NCBI GenBank assembly: GCA_963823665.1
Contig: CAWGMQ010000010.1
Location: forward strand, 1,824,001-1,888,000
DNA: 64,000 nt
Direction: 5' to 3'
Source of the DNA: an uncultured Planctomycetota bacterium
GTDB taxonomy: Bacteria > Planctomycetota > Planctomycetia > Isosphaerales > Isosphaeraceae
Positions 11,380 through 21,823 of the stretch are shown here, in pieces. The stretch's first letter is position 1. Each line of letters opens with the position of its first letter. The notes below the pieces were generated by a model that was not told the DNA's origin, made no database searches, and saw only the letters and a program-made list of their open reading frames with translations. Made by a program: the position numbers and the translations under genes.

Positions 11380-11402
11380 CACCTAACTTAAGAAGTTAGG
11401 TG
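11380..11402. promoter_or_regulatory. Palindromic operator candidate for the BlaI-like repressor
   Basis: CACCTAACTT-AAG-AAGTTAGGTG, perfect 10-bp arms, about 48 bp upstream of the blaI-like start. Confidence 0.7.
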
Positions 11403-11439
11403 TAAACTAACGAGAGTGCATTGGGAAGTCAAGCGTCGA

Positions 11440-13746
11440 TCACTCGAAAATGACCATGGCGTGCATGCCGAGGTTGTTCACGGTGACTTCGATTCGGTCG
11501 GCGGTACGCTTGATCGGAAGGTCGAGGCTGCCGGGCTCGAGCGTGGCCTTCTTGATGCCGGGAGCGCGGCAGGTCACACGGATTCCGGACAGCGGGATGA
11601 CCTCCTCGCGGATCGGCCAGGTTCCGCGCAGCTCGGATTGATTGGGAAAGCCCCACTGCTTGCTCAGCTCTTCCGGCAGCGGCGCAATCTTCTGATAAAT
11701 CGAATGCATGCCCCACGAGCTGCCCTGGTTGAGCAAGTGAACCACGATGCGGTTGGATTCCGGCTGGCGGCGAACCGTCGTGGTCAGGATCAGGGGGCCA
11801 TTCACCTCGACGAGCGGTTTCGCGTCGTGTGCGGCCCAGTAAGCCGCGTTTGCGAGCAATTGCCGCATGTACGCATCGGGATAAAAGAACATCCCCTTGT
11901 CAACCGACGCCGCGAAATAGACGACGCGCCCCTTGCCAAACTCGCCCGCGATGATCGCGGGATGGCGCTTGCCGGCCTCGTCGGCGGGGAGATTGACGTT
12001 GTAGCTTGCAAGCGCCAGGCCGCCGGAATGCGTCTTGACCTTGGTGGCGCTCGCGACCAGGGCGAGCGGTCCCGCGTGCGGTGGATTGCCGGGGTTGAGC
12101 CACGCCGTGGCTTGCTTGGCCTTGATCACGGGATCGTCGACGGACGCATCGATCGTGAGCGCGAGGCCCTCGATCCGCTGGCTGACGGTGTTGGTTCCCG
12201 CGTAGCTCGCGTAAAAGACGTCGCTCAGTGCGAAATCTGGCCGCTTTCGGAAGCTCTCGTCGTAAAGTGAGGTTTCGAACGTCGCGATCAGTCCGCCGCC
12301 GGCTCTGACGAACCGCCGCACGACTTCGGCTGCACGATCCGACATGCACGCGACATTCGGCAGCACCAGCACACGCACTCCGCGAAGGTTGCCATCTTCG
12401 AGGTCTTGTTCCGTCAAGATCCGCACCGAGAAGTGCTTTTCCATGAACGCGCGAAAGGCGCCCAGCGTGTGCGAAAAGTACATCGGCAAGGCGGCCTGAG
12501 CGTAGAGCGTCCGCGTTTGTTCGGAAGCAACGATGCCCAGGTAAGGAACCGCTTCGGACTTTTTGAGCCATTCCTCGCGTTCCTTGATGTTCGCGACGTG
12601 GAGCTTGTAATACTCTTCGCGGCCGGTGGACTCGACGAATTCCGGCGTGACGCCCCACGGCAGACATTCGAGGCCGCGAAGCTGGATTTCAACCGGCGAC
12701 GAGATGCCCGAGATGCCGTGCTCCGACGGTTGAATCCAGACCGAGGCTCCGCGCTCGCGCGAGATTCCCTGCATGAACGCAAAGACGAATTGCTGGTAGA
12801 GCGGGTCGCCGGGCACATCCCAGTAAAGCTCAACCGAAGGCATATCCACCGCACTGGCATAATGCAGCGGATACTCTCCCATGTACATATTGGGGTAATA
12901 CCACGTGCGGTTGGCGCTATGATTCACGAACAGAACCGCGTCGGGTGATTCCTTGCGGATGGCCGCGCGCATCCTGTCCGCGAACTTGACGAAAAAAGCT
13001 TCATGCCAGGCCATGTAGGTCCGGGCGAGGGGATTGTGGACGGTATCAAAGAACATGGGGGCGTCAGGGGCGGGGTTGAGTGGAAGCGGAATCTCCTTGC
13101 CTCCCGAGAATTCGCGGAAGGCACGTTTTGTGGCTTCGTCGTATGTGTGCAAGTGCAGCGGGGCGTAGCCGTCGAGCCAGTAGCCGTCGGCTTTGAAGGT
13201 TCGCGTCACGTACGCCAGTTGCTCGAGCAGCCAGTCGGCATAACCGCTTCGGATACTGGCGAAGTTAGGAACGGCGTCTGGCTTCCCGTCAGGGCGAATG
13301 CGTAGCCAGTCCGGGTGCGCTTTCACAAACTCAGGATTTCCGACGGGCACCTGCACGGGGCCGATGTAAAAGATGGCCTTGGCACCTGCGCGATGGCAGC
13401 GATCAACGTGGGTGCGCATGTATTCTTCGGCTTCTTTGACCCGTTCAGCCGGATAGAGCGAGGCCGAGGGCCCGACGATGTTCCACCGTCCCAGCGTGTT
13501 GAGCGTGACCACGTTGTATCCCGCGTTCACGAATGCCTCGGACATCGGCAGGCTGCCGGGCAGATGGCCGACGCGGAAGTGGGTGCGGACCCAGTCGGGG
13601 ACCTGGCGGGCGGTGACCGACTCGGGAACCGAGCGAGGGGGCAGGGCGGTTGTGTCGACGGCGGGGATTTCTTGAGCGTGGGTGACACGCAGGCAGATTA
13701 AGAAAAGGACGGCGGAAACCACTGTGCGTCGGTTCTGATTGTGCAT
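11440..13746 (-). CDS. Secreted glycoside-hydrolase-like protein (TIM barrel plus beta-galactosidase trimerization-like domain)
   Basis: Signal peptide; HPDWL, DGYWLD; VLVLPNVACMSD...RRFVRAGGGLIAT.ETSLYDE; GKGRVVYF. Confidence 0.75.
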   Translation of the reverse strand: MHNQNRRTVVSAVLFLICLRVTHAQEIPAVDTTALPPRSVPESVTARQVPDWVRTHFRVGHLPGSLPMSEAFVNAGYNVVTLNTLGRWNIVGPSASLYPAERVKEAEEYMRTHVDRCHRAGAKAIFYIGPVQVPVGNPEFVKAHPDWLRIRPDGKPDAVPNFASIRSGYADWLLEQLAYVTRTFKADGYWLDGYAPLHLHTYDEATKRAFREFSGGKEIPLPLNPAPDAPMFFDTVHNPLARTYMAWHEAFFVKFADRMRAAIRKESPDAVLFVNHSANRTWYYPNMYMGEYPLHYASAVDMPSVELYWDVPGDPLYQQFVFAFMQGISRERGASVWIQPSEHGISGISSPVEIQLRGLECLPWGVTPEFVESTGREEYYKLHVANIKEREEWLKKSEAVPYLGIVASEQTRTLYAQAALPMYFSHTLGAFRAFMEKHFSVRILTEQDLEDGNLRGVRVLVLPNVACMSDRAAEVVRRFVRAGGGLIATFETSLYDESFRKRPDFALSDVFYASYAGTNTVSQRIEGLALTIDASVDDPVIKAKQATAWLNPGNPPHAGPLALVASATKVKTHSGGLALASYNVNLPADEAGKRHPAIIAGEFGKGRVVYFAASVDKGMFFYPDAYMRQLLANAAYWAAHDAKPLVEVNGPLILTTTVRRQPESNRIVVHLLNQGSSWGMHSIYQKIAPLPEELSKQWGFPNQSELRGTWPIREEVIPLSGIRVTCRAPGIKKATLEPGSLDLPIKRTADRIEVTVNNLGMHAMVIFE

Positions 13747-14189
13747 CGAGTGTCCTTGGCGTGGGAGGGTTGGGTGGCAGGGGCATTGCGATCCGGCGAG
13801 GCGACGCTCGCGCGGGAGGCTCGTGGCGAATGCCGCTCAATACTTTAGCAGGCCCGGGCCGGGTCGGGCCGGAGCGGAGGGTAGTCTTGTCGCACTGCGG
13901 CGCGGATCCGATCCAGTTCAGCGAGGCCTTCGGGAGTGTGACGATAAGCTCGAATCGCCTCGATTTGAGTGCGAACGTTTTCGGGGAGATCAGAAAGACC
14001 TGGTCGACCGGTGCTCATCGTCGGTGCCTCGCGCTGACATTTGTCCCTGCATGATACACGGAATCCGGTGTTTTCCGGGAGCCCGGATTGCGCCATCAGC
14101 CAGGCATGGTGCTTCCGCCGCGGCGTTGTTAGCATTTCGAGAGCAAGGCTGCATCCGACTTGCAAACCTGATTGGAAATGGAGGTCCAT

Positions 14190-14612
14190 ATGTGGGGACG
14201 AGCGCTCGCTGTTGTTACGCGTCTGGCATCGTCGCCTCGAACGCTCGCTGCAGCCGATCAACCGCTCAAGCCGGTCACGGTCACGGTCATCGATGTCGCG
14301 ACCAAGAAACCGGTGACGGAGTTTTCGTATACGCTGGACGTGACTGCTCCGGGTGAAGTGGACGAAGCGCGTGAGCGTGAGCCGGTGAAACCGGTCGACG
14401 TCAAGTCGCCTACCGGGACCTTCGTGGTGAACGTCCCGGAGTCATGCAAGATTCGCTTCACGCTCCATTCGCCCCCTCACCAGCGCTGGCGTGAAGGTCT
14501 CTGGAACAGAAACCGCGACCGCAGACCTGGTTTACGACACAAGTCGGCAACACTGACCGGCTCTGGCCGATCGATCGATCGATCCGCCGTCAAAAATACG
14601 TATCGCACATGA
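14190..14612 (+). pseudogene. N-terminal fragment of a secreted beta-sandwich-repeat protein
   Basis: GGAGG RBS, signal-like N-terminus, VIDVATKKPVTEF motif resembling the ECF/BlaR1 repeats; the C-terminus loses protein-like character. Confidence 0.45.
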
Positions 14613-15955
14613 TGCAATAACGCTGGCCCGGCGGCACCTTGTGGCCATTAGGGCAAAGGCCTTCTCCTCGGGCAGCCGGCTGCGGTTGCGGTTGCGCTTG
14701 CGGCGATGGCGGAGCCGCGGGTTTGGGAGCGGCTGCTGGTGTGACGGGCGGCTTCTTTGGGGCCACAGGAGGCGGCGCTGGCGCGGCTTCCGGCTTTCTG
14801 GGTGGTGGAGGTTGGGGCGCCGGCTGCGGCGGTGCCTGCGCCTGCGGGATGGGTGGCGGCGTGGCCGGCACCGGACGGGGTGCGACTGCCGGCGCTGGTG
14901 CTGCCGTTGGCGCCGGGGTGTTGGCCCGGCGCGACTTCTCGTTGAACCGGATCGAATTGCGCCCGCATGTGATCACAAAATCATTGCCGAGGACGATGCC
15001 TTTTCCACCCTGGTTCCGCAGGGAGAATGTCTGGCGGGCGTCGTTCTTCACGATGGTCACGTCCGCATCGGCGCCGGCAGACGCGGGAAGAAGCGAGAAA
15101 GATCCGTCGCGGGCGCGCTCGAGGCGCACGTGAATGGGCAGAAGGCCGCGGTCGGCTTCGCGCAGGAAGGGAAGGCCCGCGCCCGGGTCCCTGCCCAGGG
15201 TCAGGCTGCTGCCGGAGAGAATCACCTGGCGGCCGGGTCGGTCGCCGTCCAGGACGGTCAGCCAGGCATGCCTGAGCAGCAGATGCGTGAGCCCGATCGC
15301 GCCGCCGATGCAAAGGCCCACGGCCACGAATCCGGCTGCGCGGCTGGTGATCTCGAACTGGAAACTTGGATCGCTCGCGCCGGCGGTGCGTGCCACGAGT
15401 GCGCCGATCGGGTCGAAGAGGATTCCGCCGATCAGTCCGCCGATCAGTCCGCCGATCAAGCCGTTGCGCATCCGGTTGGGAGAGAGGGTGATCAATCCGT
15501 CGGCGAGCCCGACTAGCCCGCCGGCCGCCATCCAGCCAACGGGTCGAACCCACCCGTAGCCGCCACCGCCGCCTGCGAACGATTGGTAGATCATTGCACC
15601 GAGCCAGCCCCCCGCGAATCCGCCGAGACCGCCGGCGATGAGCCCGCGGAGCATTCGAAAGATCTGGGGCCCGAGCTGCCAGTTCGACAGCCCACCTGCG
15701 AGGCCCAGACCCGCGCCGATCGCGGCCCCCACCAGGCAAAACGCCGCGATCGTCTGGTTTTTCTCGCTCGCGAGCGCGGCGCCCAGGGCACGCGAGCCAA
15801 GGAAGCGAGGATCGCTCGCGGCGGCAGCGCCCGGGTTCCGGCGTCGCGCTTCCCTGGACGACACCCTGGCGGAGTATCTCGGCCGCAAACCAGCCGCCAA
15901 AGGCCATCCAGCCGCAGATCACCGCGCCCAGATACACCGTCCGCAAGAGTGACAT
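14590..15955 (-). CDS. Multi-TM protein with FHA-like domain, Pro-rich linker and C-terminal zinc ribbon (frameshift near 15830-15870)
   Basis: Gly-rich TM helices; WLTVLDG.RPGRQ..L...LTLGR FHA-like segment; CPNGH...YCIMCD ending; N-terminus in ORF 14981..15955. Confidence 0.75.
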
Positions 15956-15970
15956 GACTGAATGACCTCG

Positions 15971-17317
15971 TCAGTGTGCCGGATCGTCCAGCGCGTTTGG
16001 CTGTCCCTCACGCGTAAAGCGGTAGTAAACTTCGAGCATGAGGGTCGCGAGTGCGGTGCTGTAGATCCGGCCGCCCATGCCGCCACGAAAGGTGCCGCGG
16101 GGATCCCAGCTTCCACGATCACAGCCCGAGCCTTTGGTCTGGTTGGCGACGACGGCGTCGCGTACCGCGTCGTTCCACCGACTCCATCTCTCGCCGCCGC
16201 TCTGGTACATGGCCAGGGTCGCGTTGTAGAGGGTGTAGAACTCGGCAGTGCCGCTGCGCACACTGTCACGATACGTGTTAGCCCGACCGGCGAGGAAGGT
16301 TGCCGACGACTTGACGATCGGCGCCTCCGGCTCCTTGAGCAACAGGAGGTGCGCGAGCATCCCCACGGCCGTGATCGCGTCGGAGTTGGCATTTTCTCCC
16401 GCCTGGTACGACGTTCGCCCATCGGCGGTTTCACACGACTTGAAGAAGTACCGGGCTTCATTCACGGTATCATCCCGCACGGGAATCTCGGCCTCCCTGG
16501 CCGATTTCAGGGCGAGAATCGCCCAGCCCGAGACCGAACAGTCGCTCCGCTCTTGCTTGTTGACGGTGTAGCGCCAGCCGCCGTCATTGTGCTGATGCTC
16601 TTCGATAAACTCGATTGCCTTCTTCGTCGCGGTCTTGAGGCGAGGCTCGTCCGGCTTGCCTTGTGCCTTGCGCACGGCGCACGCTTCCGCCAATGCAAAC
16701 GCAGCCATCGCGTGCTCGTACATATACGTATTGGGATAATTTCCGCGTTGACCCTCGGGCACGCCGACCAGCGCACCGTCGGGCTGCTGGTGCTCGATCA
16801 GCCAGTCGAGCCCGCGCTTGACCTGGCTCGAGTATTTTTCCACGTTGGATTCGTAATTTCCGGAGGCCTGAAGTGCCAGGAGGGCGAGACCCGTCTGCGC
16901 CATGACAAAGGGATCGCCGGGGGTGGTGCATGCCTTCTCGTCTGCTTCACATTTCGAGAGGGGGCTGCTCGCTCTCGGGCCGAGGCACGCGCTCGACCAG
17001 GAGCCGTCGTCGGCCTGGTGCCGGACGAGCCAGTTCAGTCCGTCCTGCACGCATCCCTCGGTTTCAACCGAGCCGCCGAACTGGGCGACCCATTTCGCTT
17101 TGTCTTTCCTGGTTCGCAACACGTAGGTGCGGTGCTCGGTTGTGCCGGAAAGGCCCTTTTCAATTTCGACCTTCTCCTCGTAGCCTTCCTTGGGCTTGGG
17201 AGCCTGTGTGCGCGGTAGGCGGGTCTCGACGCTGTAGACGCCCGCCACGGCAAGCAAGAGTCCGACAAGCAGGCCCGTGTCGATCAAGATGCTCTTCAGT
17301 CTCTCGACCAGATTCAT
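15971..17317 (-). CDS. Prenyltransferase/squalene-oxidase repeat protein, N-terminal membrane anchor
   Basis: GLNWLVRHQADDGSW, WLIEHQQPDG, QHNDGGWRY, GSWDP and GGRIYSTALATLMLEVYYR motifs. Confidence 0.88.
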   Translation of the reverse strand: MNLVERLKSILIDTGLLVGLLLAVAGVYSVETRLPRTQAPKPKEGYEEKVEIEKGLSGTTEHRTYVLRTRKDKAKWVAQFGGSVETEGCVQDGLNWLVRHQADDGSWSSACLGPRASSPLSKCEADEKACTTPGDPFVMAQTGLALLALQASGNYESNVEKYSSQVKRGLDWLIEHQQPDGALVGVPEGQRGNYPNTYMYEHAMAAFALAEACAVRKAQGKPDEPRLKTATKKAIEFIEEHQHNDGGWRYTVNKQERSDCSVSGWAILALKSAREAEIPVRDDTVNEARYFFKSCETADGRTSYQAGENANSDAITAVGMLAHLLLLKEPEAPIVKSSATFLAGRANTYRDSVRSGTAEFYTLYNATLAMYQSGGERWSRWNDAVRDAVVANQTKGSGCDRGSWDPRGTFRGGMGGRIYSTALATLMLEVYYRFTREGQPNALDDPAH

Positions 17318-17444
17318 GACTCAACTCGGTGGCAGGAGCATGGTCGAGCGCGATGCGTACGCAGTCCAGACCATCGAAAAACGCGCACAAGCTGATGGAT
17401 CGGATTACAACCTAGGCAAGGCAGAATGTCAATCAAGCGGAACA

Positions 17445-17565
17445 AGACCTTCGGTCGCGCGGAGGGCGGGGTCTGGAGACCCGCGCCCAACGGGGCGACC
17501 TTTGGTCGCGCAGAGTGCCACCCATCAGATGAGGAGCGGGCGGCACACGGAGTGTGCCTGCTACA
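17445..17565. repeat. Cluster of REP-like palindromes
   Basis: Hairpin GGGCGGGGTCT-GG-AGACCCGCGCCC (17464-17488), two GACCTT(C/T)GGTCG loops, and an inverted GTAG REP at 17536-17565. Confidence 0.7.
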
Positions 17566-17595
17566 CGAGAGGGGAAGCCATTGCCACCGGGGGGC

Positions 17596-20209
17596 TCAGG
17601 CGGGGATGATCGTCTTACCGCCCGGCGCGATCGCGAAGTTGCTCGTTCCGGTGAGTGACCCTCCGCTGGCACTCGCGACGGACGGGCTCACCATCAAAAC
17701 TCCACCCTTCGGGAACGACTGCTTGCCAGCGAGCCCGACGGTCGCCGTGTTGCTCGACGCGTCATACGATACCGTGATCCCAACCGCGCTCATGTGCGCG
17801 GCACTGTTGATCCCGTGCGCATTGGCTCGCACGTTCTCGAGCTGATCGAAGGCGCTGTTCGCTGCGGTCGCACCCATCGGCCGGCTGAACTCGATCGTAA
17901 AACCGGTGAGCACCGGTTTGCCCACAGGCTTGCCGCGTTTGTTCGTCTTGCGACGGAAAATCGCTTGCTCGCCGATGATGGTCGGCGCGGGAGGCTGCAC
18001 TGGAGCGGCTTTGGGCGTTGTGTGCGGTGTCGTTGCAACGGTTGTCCTGGGAGTGGAGCTCGAATCGGACGTCGGTGTGGGACTTGAGCTCGACGTGGGA
18101 GTGGAGCTCGAGCCGGAACTTGTGCTGGAACCCGAGCCGGACGTTGCAGTGCCGGTCGAGCTCGTCGTCGAAGTGCCGGTCGAGCTCGTCGTCGAAGTGC
18201 CGGTCGAGCTCGTCGTCGAAGTGCCGGTCGCGTTCGTCGTCGAAGTGCCGGTCGAGCCCGACGTTGCAGTGCCGGTTGAGCTCGATGTTGCAGTGCCGGT
18301 CGAGCCCGACGTTGCAGTGCCGGTCGACTCGACGTTGCAGTGCCGGTTGAGCCCGACGTTCCAGTGCCGGTCGAGCTCGATGTTGCAGTGCCGGTCGAGC
18401 TCGACGTTGCAGTGCCGGTCGAGCCCGATTGCGCATACCAGAGCTCCGTGCCCAGAGAGTCGCTCGCGGTGAAGAAAAGTGTGGTGCCGACGGGCGTGGG
18501 GTTATCCGGATACTGTGGCAGGCTGCCCAGGTCGGTCGTTCCAGCCGCGGTTCCGTCGCTCTCCCAGAGGTCGATGTCAGGGACGTTCGACGAAGATTGT
18601 TCGCCCACGAGGATGAACAACGTGTTGTTCGAGGCGACGAGCTGGTCGATGTAAGAGTAGTTCCCGCCGGGCAGGTCCGTGACCACGTTAGTCCCGCCGG
18701 CAGTGCCGTTACTTGACCAGAGCGATTGCTTTCCGTTCGATGGATCGTTGGCCAGGAAGAACAGCGTTCCGTTCATTTCGACGAGGTTCGAGGGGGCGAC
18801 TTCGCCTGCGCCAGCGGTTGCGGTAGTGACGGGCATCGTTCCCGCGACGGTTCCATCGGTGGACCAGAGCTGTGGGGCCGCTCCGTTCGGGGCTACGAAG
18901 TAGACTTTGGCGCCCGCCACAATCAATGCGCTCGGCGGGCTTCCGGATCCGTAGCCGTAGTTGCCGCTCGGCTGGAAATCTTGCAGCTGGACCGTGCCGG
19001 CGGCGGTGCCGTCGCTAGCCCACAATGATTCCGTCGAGTCTGTCAAGTCTTGCTCGGTGAAGATCAGCTCGTTTCCGAGTGCCACGGCTTGATCGATCGG
19101 GCCGCTCAGCGAGGTCACCTCGGCTGTCCCCGCGGCCGTGCCGTCGCTGGACCAGAGCTGGTAGACGGCGTTGTCGCTCCCGAATGTGCCGTCGATGATC
19201 GCGAAGAACACCTTGCCGTTCACGGCCGTCAGTGAGTAGACACTTGAACCGCTGTTCGGTATCGATGTGACGAGCGAGGTTCCGCTCGCCGTGCCTTTGC
19301 TCTTCCAGAGATCCAGACCGGTTCCCGAGTCGTTCGATTCGCTCGTGAGGAAGTAGATGGCGTTTCCCGAGACCGTCAGTCCACTCATCTGAATGGCGGA
19401 CGAATCTCCAGTGAAGATGGGCGCCGTTCCCGCCGCTGTGCCGTCGCTCTGATAAATCGTGGGGGCCGACGAGCCCGGGCCCCCCCGCCGGCTTCAAAGT
19501 AGATCGATCCGCCGGCGCCGGGATTGATGTCGCTCACCATCGTCGTGCCCGAGGCCGTTCCATCGCTTTTCCAGAGCTCTTCGCCGTGGCCGCTGCCGTC
19601 ATCGGCGGCGAAGAGCAGCGTGGAATTGTTGACCGCGGTGAGGGCGGTCGGCCCCGAGACCCAGTCGACATTCGGAGTGACCGGGGCAGCCGTTCCCGCG
19701 TTAACCGCCCAGAGCTGGGCCGTGAGGCTTGGCGAAGACTGGGTGGCATATTCGCCGACGAAGTAGACCGTGCTGCCGACCGCGGTGAAATCACCCGCGG
19801 AATCAAACACGCCGCCCGAGGTGGTCACGGGAACCGTGCCGTTTGCGGTTCCATCGCTCGTCCAGACCTGGGCAGTGTTGGTGGTGCCGTCGTACACCGC
19901 GAAGTAGAGAGAGCCGTTGGCGACTTCAAGCGGATCGTTCGAGCCAATCGGGCCCGCCATCGAGAGATTGTGGAAATCGGTGAGCTGCGTCGTGCCCGCG
20001 GGCGTGCCGTCGGTTACTCACAGCTCGTCGCCGTTCGTGCCATCGTTGCCATCGAAGAAGATCTTGCTGCCCAGCACCGTCAAGTCGCTCAGCCCGCTGC
20101 CTTCGGTGAAATTGGTCAACTGGACGGTGCCCGCACTCGTGCCGTCGGAAGTCCAGAGCTGAGGAGTTTCTGAACCGTCGCTGTCGGTCGTTTCAATCGC
20201 CATACCCAT
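17596..20209 (-). pseudogene. ELWxxDGT-repeat surface protein, disrupted and probably N-terminally truncated
   Basis: About ten LW.SDGT..GT repeats over several frames; TGG>TGA at 20018-20020; frameshifts near 19480 and 18327; no signal peptide. Confidence 0.85.
18134..18428 (-). repeat. 24-bp coding tandem repeat, about 12 units, encoding STGTATSS/STGTSTTS
   Basis: AGTGCCGGT recurs every 24 bp from 18148 to 18411; one 23-bp spacing causes the frameshift. Confidence 0.92.
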
Positions 20210-20448
20210 TGGGACATGAGTTACCTCGCGAAATGCCTGATAGTGTCAGGTCCGCATTGACCACAAATCATGGGCCGAGCCCGGCGGCACGAAGCGCCGA
20301 TCCGCAGGCCAACCTGCTCATTTGCCTGTCGTTCATTGACAGGCGATTCGTCAAGGTCCGACGATTGGAGATTCTGGCCGAGTTCCTATCGGCTCGGCCA
20401 TGTGATCATCATTAGAATCGGCACACACGAATTGTTGAAGCCCAATCG

Positions 20449-21576
20449 ATGGACCAGGAGGTGACGGCCGTGGAACCAACGGAATCCCAGCCGGGTGAAA
20501 CACACGTGGGGACCAACCCCACGCGTGAGGTGCGCCACGAGTATACGCTCAACTTCCCGCGCATCCTCGAGCATCTGGGGGCCTCGCTGCTGGTCTCCAC
20601 GTACCAGGCGGGGAAAGTCGTGGTTATCGGCTCCGGTGCGGGAGAACTTTCGCTTTCGTACCACAACTTCGAGAAGGCGATGGGGATCGCCGCGCGGCCG
20701 GGAGAGGTCGCGGTGGGTGCCCGCGCGGCGATCTGGTTTCTGAGCGACCATCCGAAGATCGCCAGGCAGCTCGAGCCAGCCGGCAGCCACGAGGCGTGTT
20801 ACCTCGCGAGGTGTGCCAAGGTGACGGGAGAAATCTTGGGGCATGACCTGGCCTGGGTGGGAGAGGAGCTCTGGGTGGTGAACACGGCCTTTTCGTGCCT
20901 GTGCACGCTGGACGAACGGCATAGCTTTGTGCCGCGCTGGAAGCCCAGGTTCATCAAGGCGCTGGAGGCTGAGGACCGCTGCCATTTGAATGGACTCGCA
21001 TGTGCGGAGACACGGGTGAAGCTGGTGACGGCGCTGGCCGAGACGGATGAGGCTGGAGGCTGGCGGGCCGCGAAGGCGACGACGGGCTGCCTGATCGACG
21101 TGGAAAGTGGCGAGACGGTGGTGCGAGGGCTGGCGATGCCGCATTCGCCGCGCGTGCATCAGGGAAAGATCTGGCTACTCGACTCGGGGCGCGGGCGGCT
21201 GGTGGTGGCGGACGCAGAGCGGGGTAGTATCACGACCGTCAGCGACTTGCCCGGCTATGCGCGGGGGCTGGCCATGATGGGGAGCTTCGCGTTCGTGGGG
21301 CTCTCGCGTATTCGTGAGACCTCGACCTTCGGCGGTTTGCCGATCGCCGATCGCCGCGATTCGCTCAAATGCGGAGTGGCAGTCGTCGACTTGGTCTCCG
21401 GCGGTCAGATGGCGCTCCTCGAGTTTCATACGGGGGTCGAGGAGATATTCGACATTCAGATCCTGCCCGGGATCCGGTCTCCCGTGATGTCGGGCCCTCA
21501 TCCGCACCTTGACGGCAAGCCGCCAATCTGGACGGTGCCGGCTTCGGCGCGGTCTCTGTGTGAGACAGATTCTTAG
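20449..21576 (+). CDS. TIGR03032 / DUF4915 family protein
   Basis: SLLVSTYQAGK, VNTAFSCL, SFVPRWKPRFI, EDRCHLNGLA, GLAMPHSPR and VEEIFDIQIL motifs. Confidence 0.9.
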   Translation: MDQEVTAVEPTESQPGETHVGTNPTREVRHEYTLNFPRILEHLGASLLVSTYQAGKVVVIGSGAGELSLSYHNFEKAMGIAARPGEVAVGARAAIWFLSDHPKIARQLEPAGSHEACYLARCAKVTGEILGHDLAWVGEELWVVNTAFSCLCTLDERHSFVPRWKPRFIKALEAEDRCHLNGLACAETRVKLVTALAETDEAGGWRAAKATTGCLIDVESGETVVRGLAMPHSPRVHQGKIWLLDSGRGRLVVADAERGSITTVSDLPGYARGLAMMGSFAFVGLSRIRETSTFGGLPIADRRDSLKCGVAVVDLVSGGQMALLEFHTGVEEIFDIQILPGIRSPVMSGPHPHLDGKPPIWTVPASARSLCETDS

Positions 21577-21758
21577 ATTGGCGGGGTGGCGATCGTTCGC
21601 GAGCCCCGCGTTTTGCCCGAACGTGGCCTCGATCTTAATTATTCAGATGTCGGCCTATTTAGGCCGATCTGTTAGGGGAGTGTGCGCTACGAGGCTTGGG
21701 GGCGCACTCAACGCGATAAAGGGCATCAGCAGGAGAGTCCGATCCGCGCGTGGGTATT

Positions 21759-21790
21759 GATTTACTGTCTTGTATTCTATACATTAAATC
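21759..21790. promoter_or_regulatory. Inverted repeat in the AT-rich promoter of the hipBA-like operon
   Basis: GATTTAcTGT-N12-ACAtTAAATC. Confidence 0.5.
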
Positions 21791-21823
21791 GATGGAACGC
21801 CTAGAATATGGGGCTGTAATTTG

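Noticed and set aside
14145..14165. Additional sigma54 promoters at ~14150 and ~57862
   Set aside because: The first has TG instead of GG at -24; the second has 9-bp spacing.
15971..17317. Squalene-hopene cyclase
   Set aside because: Too short and lacks the DxDD catalytic motif.
18134..18428. Possible CRISPR array
   Set aside because: Contiguous 24-bp units with no unique spacers, in coding frame, and no cas genes.
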